A stretch of DNA of 63,510 nucleotides, taken from contig JAUSGQ010000065.1 of the NCBI GenBank assembly GCA_030674455.1, positions 1 through 63,510 of the forward strand, given 5' to 3'. Both the position numbers and the translations under genes were made by a program. Below the pieces are notes generated by a model. It did no database searches. It was not told where the DNA came from and saw only the letters and a list, made by a program, of their open reading frames with translations. This DNA comes from a bacterium. GTDB taxonomy: Bacteria; Patescibacteriota; Minisyncoccia; Phycocordibacterales; UBA2100. Of the stretch, positions 52,777-60,404 are shown piece by piece (the first letter of the stretch is position 1; each line of letters begins with the position of its first letter).

Positions 52777-52927
52777 AGATGTTCGAATGCGAGGCAACAT
52801 CCGCAGTTCATGCGGATTTTGAGATATATGCTCGCGTGTATTTAGTGTTCCTTATTACTCACGGTCGTGAGGAATAAGGAACAGCAGAGAGACATACACT
52901 AACTGTGCGCGGGCGCGCACAGTTAGT
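52755..52927 (+). repeat. cassette terminator module copy 2
   Basis: See 51178-51354. Confidence 0.9.
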
Positions 52928-52951
52928 GTATGAGAGGAAAACAGGGGTAAG

Positions 52952-53086
52952 CTATTCAAACAAATCGACGTGCGAGCCGGTGCGAGCGAGAAGAACTTCT
53001 GTATCCGTAACATCATAAATCAACAGCCAATTCGGACCGATGTGGCATTCCCAGAATCCCAGCCACTCTCCGGTTAAAGACTTCCG
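52952..53086 (-). pseudogene. 5'-truncated YafQ/RelE-type toxin remnant
   Basis: The C-terminal part LTGEWLGFWECHIGPNWLLIYDVTDTEVLLARTGSHVDLFE matches the YafQ pattern. The N-terminal half is absent at the IS boundary. Confidence 0.6.
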
Positions 53087-53089
53087 GCC

Positions 53090-53665
53090 AGAACTCCCTG
53101 CGCTTGTGCGCAGGGATGAATGGCCGCAGATGCAATACAATAGGTATGCATGTCTCGCACACCGGATATCAAATCAAAAGAAGGACTATGGCTTTGGTAT
53201 CACAATGTCTCGGAGTGCTACTATCATATACAAATTACGGTAAAGTATCGGAAGTCGTTGTTTGACGAACCGGTACAGAAGCTCATGCTCCAAATCGTGA
53301 GCGGGTTCAAGGAGCGTTACGCCATCGATATTCACGAAATCGGATTCGACCAGAACCATGTCCACCTGCTGTGCCGTTTCCTCCCCAAATACAGCGGAGG
53401 CCAAGTCATCAAGCTCATCAAATCAATTACAGCAAGCCAGCTATTCAAATTCATACCCAAACTCAGGAAAGAGCTGTGGGGAGGGGAATTCTGGACGGAC
53501 GGCTACTACATCGCCACAATCTCCGGCAAGGGAGACAAGCGCGTGATTGAAAGGTACATCCGAAACCAGGGACGCGAGAAAGATATTCCCCAGCTTCGAC
53601 TCTTCACGCTCGACTAACCATTGGCATCCAGACGTCAACGCCCTGCGCTTGTGCGCAGGGTGGGT
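53090..53665 (+). mobile_element. IS200/IS605-family-like (Y1 transposase) element bounded by identical hairpins
   Basis: CCCTGCGCTTGTGCGCAGGG occurs at 53096-53115 and again at 53641-53660, flanking the tnpA gene. Confidence 0.7.
53150..53617 (+). CDS. tnpA: IS200-like Y1 (HUH) transposase / REP-associated tyrosine transposase-like
   Basis: YHIQITVKYRKSLF, QNHVHLLCRF (HUH) and WTDGYYIATISG (catalytic Tyr region). Confidence 0.85.
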   Translation: MSRTPDIKSKEGLWLWYHNVSECYYHIQITVKYRKSLFDEPVQKLMLQIVSGFKERYAIDIHEIGFDQNHVHLLCRFLPKYSGGQVIKLIKSITASQLFKFIPKLRKELWGGEFWTDGYYIATISGKGDKRVIERYIRNQGREKDIPQLRLFTLD

Positions 53666-54120
53666 TTACGGACATTCCCGTGCAGATATGCCAGTTCCAC
53701 CAGATCAAGCAGGTAACGAAGTACCTGACTCGACGCCCCGATACGGAGGCGGGAAAAGAATTGCGAACGCTGATACTAACGCTCACCGATGTTGACGAAA
53801 AAACATTCACCGACGCGCTTAATGCATGGCACGCGAAGTGGGGCGGCTACATAGAGGAAAAGACTGTCAACTCATTCGTTACGGGAAAACAGAAGTGGTA
53901 CTACACACATGGCAGAGTGCGCTCTGCATACCGCTCAATTAAAAGCAATCTCCCCTACCTGTTCACCTATTTGAAATACCCTGAACGGAACATTCCGAAC
54001 ACCACCAATGACCTTGATGGTTCTTTTTCCGCGCTCAAGAAGAAGTTGGCCGCGCATCATGGACTACGGCGCGACCGACGCTACAAAGTTATCTCCCAAT
54101 TGTTAAAAAACGCGCGCTAG
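53661..54120 (+). pseudogene. C-terminal fragment of a DDE transposase (IS256/Mutator- or ISL3-like)
   Basis: DIPVQICQFHQIKQV and IPNTTNDLDGSFSALKKKL resemble the C-terminal half of such transposases. The N-terminal catalytic part is missing. Confidence 0.55.
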
Positions 54121-54182
54121 ATTCAGCAACCCGTTTCTTTCTTTAAACCGAAATACGCAAGGACCACCCTTATATTCCCTGA

Positions 54183-54212
54183 AACCTAAGACCTAGAACC
54201 TACAACCTTCCT
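54183..54212. repeat. AACCT-core heptad array
   Basis: AACCT, GACCT, AACCT and AACCT at 54183, 54190, 54197 and 54204. Confidence 0.85.
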
Positions 54213-55170
54213 AAATGCTCACGCTAGCCGAATTATTTCCCTCGTTCGATTCCTTTACTTCGTTTACCGGATCAAGTGATACAGAAAAGAGTCCGCCGGG
54301 GACTGCATTCTTGAAACGCAGCATGTTCTCGATGCTTGCTCCGGGAGCGAGAGATGTTTGCGCGGGCGAAGTGTATGGATACATCGGAGATGTCGGCAGT
54401 TGTGCCGTAAAGTACCACGGGCCGGTGGATGAGCCGCTCGCATTTGTGATCAAAAAACGCACCGCGACTAGGTCATTCGGCGATACGGGTTCGCGAGGAA
54501 TTATGTTGCCGCTTATCGGGTCGATAACGCCCGTGGACAAAATTCGCACAGAAAGGTCGGCAACTCCTGTAGTCGAGGGAGCTGTAATTGTTTGCGGTTG
54601 AGTCTCAACTGCAGGAGCCGATTCTGTTACGGGGCTCGTCTCTACCGGAGCAGTGCCCGCTCCTACAACCGTTACAGTGGCATTGCCTTGCGGCTGCGCC
54701 ACGGTTTTGCCCGGGGTGACGGGCGCGCTCGATATGAAAATAACAGAAAGCGGAACCTTGACGGTGGATGTTCCGGTGAGGTACGGAGTGACTGCGAACT
54801 TGTTATCGGTCGAGAGCATTGTGTAGCCGACTCCGCATGGAATGACAATTTGCTTGTTGTCGGGCGAGGTCGTTTTGAATTGAAAACCCTCGCGGCACTG
54901 GTAGAGGAATGCGTATGTCCCCGTACCTGCAGGGTTGTATTTCCAGGAAACGGTGAACTGTTCGCCGGAGGGAATGTTCTTGGTGGGCACCGTTAATTTT
55001 ATAGATTTTGAAGAAGAAAGGATTGACGAAAAGGATGAGAACCATGAGCCGGAAAATAATGCCAGATTACTGGCTCCCCAAACGATTATTCCAATGAGTA
55101 TTACGAGACCCGCTACCGCGAGTATATTTGAAAACATTCCTGACTTCTCCGGCACGGGTGTTTCAGCCAT
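54211..55170 (-). CDS. membrane-anchored protein with C-terminal CARDB-like domain
   Basis: N-terminal TM helix. C-terminus ADLSVRIL...VAVRFLITNASGSSTGPWYF...SLDPVNEVKESNEGNN. Confidence 0.65.
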   Translation of the reverse strand: MAETPVPEKSGMFSNILAVAGLVILIGIIVWGASNLALFSGSWFSSFSSILSSSKSIKLTVPTKNIPSGEQFTVSWKYNPAGTGTYAFLYQCREGFQFKTTSPDNKQIVIPCGVGYTMLSTDNKFAVTPYLTGTSTVKVPLSVIFISSAPVTPGKTVAQPQGNATVTVVGAGTAPVETSPVTESAPAVETQPQTITAPSTTGVADLSVRILSTGVIDPISGNIIPREPVSPNDLVAVRFLITNASGSSTGPWYFTAQLPTSPMYPYTSPAQTSLAPGASIENMLRFKNAVPGGLFSVSLDPVNEVKESNEGNNSASVSI

Positions 55171-55265
55171 GGCGGTTATTATTATACATATGCGTACCTT
55201 GTCAATTAGTCATTTTTCTTGTACTCTCATACTCTCATGCTAATTACAAGATAGCCGATGTCATC

Positions 55266-55295
55266 ACCCAGTAGGTCATTCTGCTGAATGAGGTG
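55266..55295 (+). promoter_or_regulatory. 30-nt motif shared with 58969-58998
   Basis: ACCCAGTAGGTcATTCTgCTGAATgAGGTG, 99 nt upstream of khpA. Confidence 0.5.
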
Positions 55296-55393
55296 CCGAC
55301 CATCAATCGGTCGGCAAAACGACGTTGACCGCGTATCAATAGTCTTGTATCCTCACAGTAATTATAAGTTCAACCTAAGATAGCAAGCCAGAT

Positions 55394-55753
55394 ATGGAAC
55401 AAGACCAGCAGTTTTTGGAGTATGTCGTTAAGGCATTGGCCGACCATCCGGAGGATGTAAAAATTACTCGTACCGTTGATGAAATGGGTGTATTGCTTGT
55501 GCTTTCCGTCCACAAGGACGACATGGGAAAGATTATCGGACGCTCGGGACAGACGGCGAAAGCGATTCGCACAGTTCTACGAGTAGTCGGTATGAAGAAC
55601 GACGCGCGCGTAAACCTGAAAATCGAAGAGCCGGAAGGAAGCGAGCGGACGCCTCGCAGAAGCGAAAATGCAGGCGCGAGCGCTGCACCCGCAGAGCCAT
55701 ACGTGCGCGACACTACAGTTGAGGATGTGATACGAGACCTGAAGGCAGAATGA
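55394..55753 (+). CDS. khpA: KH-domain RNA-binding protein (KhpA/YlqC-like) with C-terminal tail
   Basis: FLEYVVKALADHPEDVKI...GKIIGRSGQTAKAIRTVL. Confidence 0.8.
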   Translation: MEQDQQFLEYVVKALADHPEDVKITRTVDEMGVLLVLSVHKDDMGKIIGRSGQTAKAIRTVLRVVGMKNDARVNLKIEEPEGSERTPRRSENAGASAAPAEPYVRDTTVEDVIRDLKAE

Positions 55754-55840
55754 GCGTATAGCGAATAGCGTTTAGCGTATAGAGGCAAACAACTGCGAAT
55801 TTTGTATTTCCTAAACGCTCTACGCTAGTCGCTAATCGCT
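55753..55840. repeat. AGCGNNN x5 / spacer / inverted CGCT x4 heptad arrays
   Basis: AGCG at 55753, 55760, 55767 and 55774 (AGAG at 55781). CGCT at 55816, 55823, 55830 and 55837. Confidence 0.9.
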
Positions 55841-55846
55841 ACCTTT

Positions 55847-56500
55847 ATGCTCCATTTCCACATCATCACCCTGTTTCCCGAATCAATCGAGCCGTATCTC
55901 AAGAGCTCGATTATTGGGCGCGCGATAGAAAAAAAACTCATAAAAGTTTCTTATTACAACCCAATAGAATTCACTCGCACTAAATACGGCCGCATAGACC
56001 AGCGACCCTACGGCGGCGGCCCCGGAATGGTACTTGAGCCGGAGGCAGTCTTAAGAGCGGCGCAGAAAGCCATGTCAAGGCGAGGCCTTGACAAAAAAAG
56101 CATCGAGAAGATTTTCTTCTCGACTGACGGAGCGTTGTTTGATGAGGCGATGGCGAAAAAGCTTTCAAAAAAGAAAAATATTCTGCTTATTTGCGGACGG
56201 TACGAAGGCGTGGACGCGCGCGTGCCAAAAATCCTGCGCGCGAAACCGATTACAGTCGGACCATATGTATTAACAGGCGGGGAATTACCGGCGGCAACTG
56301 TGATTGACGCAGTCGCAAGATTCGTTCCGGGAGTTCTTGGCAAAGCGGAATCATTGGAGCGTTCCAGAGTTTCCAGCCCCGAGGTCTACACCCGCCCCGA
56401 AATCCTAGTTTGGAAAGGTAAGAAATACCGAGTCCCGAAAGTATTATTGTCCGGTAACCATGCCGACATAAACGCCTGGAAAACGCGGCGAAAGAAGTGA
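55847..56500 (+). CDS. trmD: tRNA (guanine37-N1)-methyltransferase
   Basis: HIITLFPE, DQRPYGGGPGMVL, CGRYEGVDARV and LTGGELPA. Confidence 0.95.
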   Translation: MLHFHIITLFPESIEPYLKSSIIGRAIEKKLIKVSYYNPIEFTRTKYGRIDQRPYGGGPGMVLEPEAVLRAAQKAMSRRGLDKKSIEKIFFSTDGALFDEAMAKKLSKKKNILLICGRYEGVDARVPKILRAKPITVGPYVLTGGELPAATVIDAVARFVPGVLGKAESLERSRVSSPEVYTRPEILVWKGKKYRVPKVLLSGNHADINAWKTRRKK

Positions 56501-56513
56501 GAATTGACTCTAT

Positions 56514-56541
56514 AACCTAAAACCTACTGCCTAGAACCTGC
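56514..56541. repeat. AACCT heptad array
   Basis: Cores at 56514, 56521, (56528) and 56535. Confidence 0.85.
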
Positions 56542-56641
56542 CCACCGTTATCCCCAGCCCAAAAATAAGCCATTGGGTCTCGTGTATTATGTATTAAGAT
56601 TAGAACCAGAACCTTTCTTTATTAACTGTAATTAAAGCTTG

Positions 56642-56684
56642 TTCCTAAAACCTAGAACCTGGCATCTATAACCTATTCCTGCCT
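56642..56684. repeat. AACCT heptad array
   Basis: Cores at 56642, 56649, 56656, (56663) and 56670. The array ends at the ATG at 56685. Confidence 0.85.
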
Positions 56685-58607
56685 ATGTCAACGAATTCAT
56701 TCCGTTTTGCAATCGCATCCCCAATAATCCTTTTTGTGATGATAGTACTTTTGATAATTCCCACTCCTTCCCGCGCAATAGTTTCTCCCTCGGGTGCAAA
56801 TGGTCGGCAGCTTCCATCGTGGCAAGTCCCAACAAATTTGACCGCATGCGATGGTTTTTTTAGTAATTTCTTTGGTAATCTGACGGGTTATTGTTCTGCA
56901 CAGCAAGATGCGATAAATCAAACGATATTACGAACTGGCTCAGCCCCTGCCAATTCAAATTCAGGAGGAGGTTTTATTAGTGGCGCAAACGCAGCGCCAT
57001 CACCTACCACACCACGAATAGCATTTCCAGTAACGAGAACACTAAATGTGGTCAAAAGTCCAAGTACAGCATCGGCAACCAATCTCAATGAAGAGTATAT
57101 TACTCTAGCTAATGATAATCCGGTTAAATTCCAGAGTATGGTGGTAGATTCGTGCAATGCGAATTACGATAAAGCGTGCAATTCTACTGAACTGAGGGCG
57201 TATTATGCTGAGAACAGAGATGCAATTATAGCTCCAGCCCCAGCAACCAGTCCAGCTTTCACCATCAGCATGTCCGAATTACAAAACGATGCAAAGTCCG
57301 TTTGTGCCGACCCCGCTTATCGCTATCCAGACGAGTCCCAAGCCGTATGTCAGCAGGTTTACATAACAGACTATCTGGACGCTAACAAAGGAGTTCTTTC
57401 AACAGCCCCAGCCGCACCTCCAGCTGATTCTGTCTCAGTCCAAGTTCCAAGCTACTATTGGGATTCATCCTCTGGAAAAATTTGGAAAGATAATACTGTA
57501 ATAGGTAATACAGATACCGTGCCTGTTTACGATCAAGCCGAAGCGCAAAAGATTATCAATGTGCTCTCACGAGGATCCGGCTACACATACACGTTACCAG
57601 CAACAGCTCCTCGGACAATCGTCCCCGGGCCGGCCATAGATGGAGATACGGCGTATTACTCAATCGGAGACATGCGGCTGATGTATAACGCGTGCGATGG
57701 CGACAGAAATCCAGATACGTGCAAAGCAAACTTGAGGAACCAATTCAGTTTTGATCCAACTTCTTGTCAACCTGGAGATTTTAAGTGTATCGCCGAGCAA
57801 ACAACTATGCAGGAAAATGCAGATGCGGAGGCATATCCATCCGAAGCTTCAACACGCGCTGCAGAAACACAGGCACTCCTTGAGCGAGCTTGGAACATGC
57901 CACCAGAATCATCACGGCCATGCGAGACATGGATGGGTGGAGATGGATGCGCCACAGAAGCTGATGCTGTGCAAGCATTTAGGGAATCCTGCGATTCGCA
58001 AAACCAAACGTCTTTCCTGTTTTTCTTCTCGCGAGTTGATACAGCAGCATCGGCAAGTTGTGTTCAAGATTTACAAAGACAGGCAGGATTCTCACAGCCT
58101 CCTGCACCTGTGTCAGAGCAAGGCATACAGGCAGTGCAGCCAACTCTCCTAGGTTCCAGTTATCCAAATCCTTTGGACGGAGACAATCTAAACACTCAAC
58201 AAACTTCATCGGGTTCAGGCACTGGTGTTACAGACATCCTTTCGAATTTTTGGGGTGCAATAAAAAGCATTGGGCAGTCCCCAGAGCAATCAACATCAGC
58301 ACAACCAGTAACCATTGATCCTAATCGAGAATATCCGGACGGTACTTTAAACGGCATTCCGCTTGATTTCGGTGTCGGTGATGATCAATCTTCTGAGAGT
58401 ATCGAAGCTGATGTTCAAGCTCATTTGCAATCGGTTTCTGAACAGCAGGCTGCCGAAGTACCCGCTGGTGAGACTGACCAGACTGACGAGTCAGGTGGCC
58501 CATTTCCCGGCGCAGCGGATCCTTTGGAGTCTAACTGGTGGTGGTCTCCAAACGTTATCAATGCGTATCCTTCCGGATATGTGCCAGGCTATTCCGAGCA
58601 AGAATAG
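56685..58607 (+). CDS. large Cys-containing secreted/anchored orphan protein (640 aa)
   Basis: N-terminal TM/signal IASPIILFVMIVLLIIPTPSRA. No recognisable domain. Visibly more AT-rich than the neighbouring genes. Confidence 0.6.
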   Translation: MSTNSFRFAIASPIILFVMIVLLIIPTPSRAIVSPSGANGRQLPSWQVPTNLTACDGFFSNFFGNLTGYCSAQQDAINQTILRTGSAPANSNSGGGFISGANAAPSPTTPRIAFPVTRTLNVVKSPSTASATNLNEEYITLANDNPVKFQSMVVDSCNANYDKACNSTELRAYYAENRDAIIAPAPATSPAFTISMSELQNDAKSVCADPAYRYPDESQAVCQQVYITDYLDANKGVLSTAPAAPPADSVSVQVPSYYWDSSSGKIWKDNTVIGNTDTVPVYDQAEAQKIINVLSRGSGYTYTLPATAPRTIVPGPAIDGDTAYYSIGDMRLMYNACDGDRNPDTCKANLRNQFSFDPTSCQPGDFKCIAEQTTMQENADAEAYPSEASTRAAETQALLERAWNMPPESSRPCETWMGGDGCATEADAVQAFRESCDSQNQTSFLFFFSRVDTAASASCVQDLQRQAGFSQPPAPVSEQGIQAVQPTLLGSSYPNPLDGDNLNTQQTSSGSGTGVTDILSNFWGAIKSIGQSPEQSTSAQPVTIDPNREYPDGTLNGIPLDFGVGDDQSSESIEADVQAHLQSVSEQQAAEVPAGETDQTDESGGPFPGAADPLESNWWWSPNVINAYPSGYVPGYSEQE

Positions 58608-58631
58608 GGAGAATATCTGTCAATTATTCTC

Positions 58632-58787
58632 ATGAAACCCACAGGCTCGTTCATCCGCTTCGCGCTCGGGTTTCTCGCTTTCATCGGCGTGAGTTTTGCC
58701 GTAACTATTACGCTGGATAAATACGCCTCATCACAGGATTCTGCGCAAACGGCGGCGGTACAATCGGCTTTGTCTGGAAGCCAGTGA
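58632..58787 (+). CDS. possible small membrane protein (51 aa)
   Basis: MKPTGSFIRFALGFLAFIGVSFAVTITL.... It falls below the ORF-track size cut-off and was read directly from the sequence. Confidence 0.3.
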   Translation: MKPTGSFIRFALGFLAFIGVSFAVTITLDKYASSQDSAQTAAVQSALSGSQ

Positions 58788-58804
58788 TAATCAAAGGGAT
58801 GATT

Positions 58805-58865
58805 CCTGGCTGGATTGCTTCGCGTTGCTCGCAATGACGATGTCTTTCTGGATTGCTTCGTTGTA
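58805..58865. repeat. CTGGATTGCTTCG...GCTCGCAATGAC repeat (related to 7588-7686)
   Basis: CTGGATTGCTTCG occurs at 58810 and 58848, and TCGCAATGAC at about 58829. Confidence 0.6.
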
Positions 58866-58968
58866 TATCCAGATAGCTTCGACGCTCGACTATGACGTGT
58901 TGACTCGATCTATTTATTCAGTAGAATGCATCGCGTAAGGCTAGAGACAGCGAGCATGGGCAGGTGCT

Positions 58969-58998
58969 ACCCAGTAGGTGATTCTACTGAATCAGGTG
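58969..58998 (+). promoter_or_regulatory. 30-nt motif shared with 55266-55295
   Basis: ACCCAGTAGGTgATTCTaCTGAATcAGGTG, 123 nt upstream of rplJ. The CAGTAG/CTACTG stem is preserved via a G-U pair in the other copy. Confidence 0.5.
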
Positions 58999-59056
58999 TC
59001 AGGTGCTAGGTGTCAGGAAATTCCTGGAACCTAAAACCTGGAACCTGGAACCTGTT
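58994..59056. repeat. AGGTGNN x3 facing NNAACCT x4 heptad arrays
   Basis: AGGTG at 58994, 59001 and 59008. AACCT at 59028, 59035, 59042 and 59049. Confidence 0.9.
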
Positions 59057-59120
59057 CCTGTCAGGCTTGCCAAGGTCGTTCTTAGTTGCCTTGCATTATC
59101 AGAATAGTTTTTGTATTGCA

Positions 59121-59624
59121 ATGGCAAAAACAAAAGAGGAGAAGGGAAAGATAATAGACAAACTGGAAAATGCGTTCAAAAACGCTTCTTCTTCAGTTCT
59201 GGTCCACTTCACAAAAGTCACCGTGGCGGAAGAATCCGCGATGCGCAGAAATCTGCGCGCGGATGGCATTTCATATACCGTGGCAAAGAAGACGCTTATT
59301 CGGCGCGCGCTAGACAAGCTTGGCTTGAAGCACGATGACGTGGAACTCCAGGGAGAAGTGGCGATGGTGTACGACTCATCAAAGGAGGGCGACCCGACAG
59401 CCGTCGCTCGCAAGGTCTTGGAATTCGTCAAGAAACTGGGGGCCGAAAAGCTCTCGATTCTTTGCGGGACATTTGAGGACAGATTTGTCGGACAGACTGA
59501 AATGCGCGAAATCGCGACCATCCCGTCGCTTCATACGTTGCGCGGTATGTTCGTGAATGTCATCAGCTCGCCTATGCGCGGACTCGTCGTGGCGTTAAGT
59601 GCAATTGCGGAGAAGAAAGCATAG
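59121..59624 (+). CDS. rplJ: 50S ribosomal protein L10
   Basis: MAKTKEEKGKIIDKLENAFKNASSSVLVHFTKVTVAEESAMRRNLR. The ATG at 59121 is preferred over the track start inside the heptad arrays. Confidence 0.9.
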   Translation: MAKTKEEKGKIIDKLENAFKNASSSVLVHFTKVTVAEESAMRRNLRADGISYTVAKKTLIRRALDKLGLKHDDVELQGEVAMVYDSSKEGDPTAVARKVLEFVKKLGAEKLSILCGTFEDRFVGQTEMREIATIPSLHTLRGMFVNVISSPMRGLVVALSAIAEKKA

Positions 59625-59639
59625 GTATTAACAGGAATT

Positions 59640-59770
59640 TGCAAAACCCAATTTGCAATTTGGCAAACAAAATCCCAAAACCTCAATACCCAAAAGACGA
59701 AGTTTGAGAATTGTAATTTGTAATTTCTTTGCAAATTGATTTTTGGAGCTTGCAAATTAGCAATTAACAA
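59640..59770. repeat. NGCAA/CCCAA heptads followed by inverted TTG heptads in the rplJ-rplL spacer
   Basis: Cores at 59640, 59647, 59654, 59661, about 59668, about 59675, 59682 and 59689. TTG cores at 59711 and 59718, and at 59729, 59736, 59743, 59750, 59757 and 59764. Confidence 0.8.
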
Positions 59771-59782
59771 TAATTGAAATAT

Positions 59783-60214
59783 ATGTCCGAAGATACAAAG
59801 ATAACAGCAGGAGCAGAGCCAGTGGTAGAGCAAGTGGCTGAAGTTCCTGCGAAGTTCAAGAAGCTCGTAGAGGAAGTAGAAAAGATGACGGTCTTGGAAT
59901 TAAACGAACTGGTTAAAGTTCTCGAAAAGAAATTCGGCGTGTCGGCGCAAGCTGCAGCCGCCGGCCCCGCCTCCGCCCAGGCTTCGGCGGGCGAGGAAGA
60001 GAAAAGCGAGTTCAATGTTGAACTCACAGCAGTCGGCGAGCAGAAAATCGCAGTCATCAAGGTGGTGAAGGAAGTTCTCGCACTTGGCCTCAAGGAAGCG
60101 AAAGACCTAGTAGAAAGCGCCCCCGCGATGCTGAAGGAGGGTGTAAAGAAAGAAACAGCAGACGAGTGGAAAAAGAAGATTGAGACAGCGGGTGGAAAAG
60201 TTACGTTGAAGTAA
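59783..60214 (+). CDS. rplL: 50S ribosomal protein L7/L12 with ~20-aa N-terminal extension
   Basis: [42 protein letters not shown] and GGKVTLK*. Confidence 0.9.
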   Translation: MSEDTKITAGAEPVVEQVAEVPAKFKKLVEEVEKMTVLELNELVKVLEKKFGVSAQAAAAGPASAQASAGEEEKSEFNVELTAVGEQKIAVIKVVKEVLALGLKEAKDLVESAPAMLKEGVKKETADEWKKKIETAGGKVTLK

Positions 60215-60278
60215 CTTTTCGGCCGGAGCAGCGACGGCTGCGAGGCGGGGACGCGCACATTTTCAGCAGAAAATGATG

Positions 60279-60302
60279 CGTGGAAAAGTCACTTTGAAAT
60301 AA
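60279..60302 (+). pseudogene. relic copy 2 of the rplL 3' end
   Basis: (R)GKVTLK* with synonymous changes and its own compensated hairpin AAAGTCACTT tgaaat AAGTGACTTT. Confidence 0.5.
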
Positions 60303-60373
60303 GTGACTTTGGCGCACGCGGGCTCATTTGTGCGACGGCGCGAATGACGTCGAAATCAGTAGATTTCGACGAT

Positions 60374-60397
60374 GGCGGTAAAGTTACGCTGAAATAA
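60374..60397 (+). pseudogene. relic copy 3 of the rplL 3' end
   Basis: GGC GGT AAA GTT ACG CTG AAA TAA encodes GGKVTLK*. Confidence 0.5.
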
Positions 60398-60404
60398 TCA
60401 AAAT

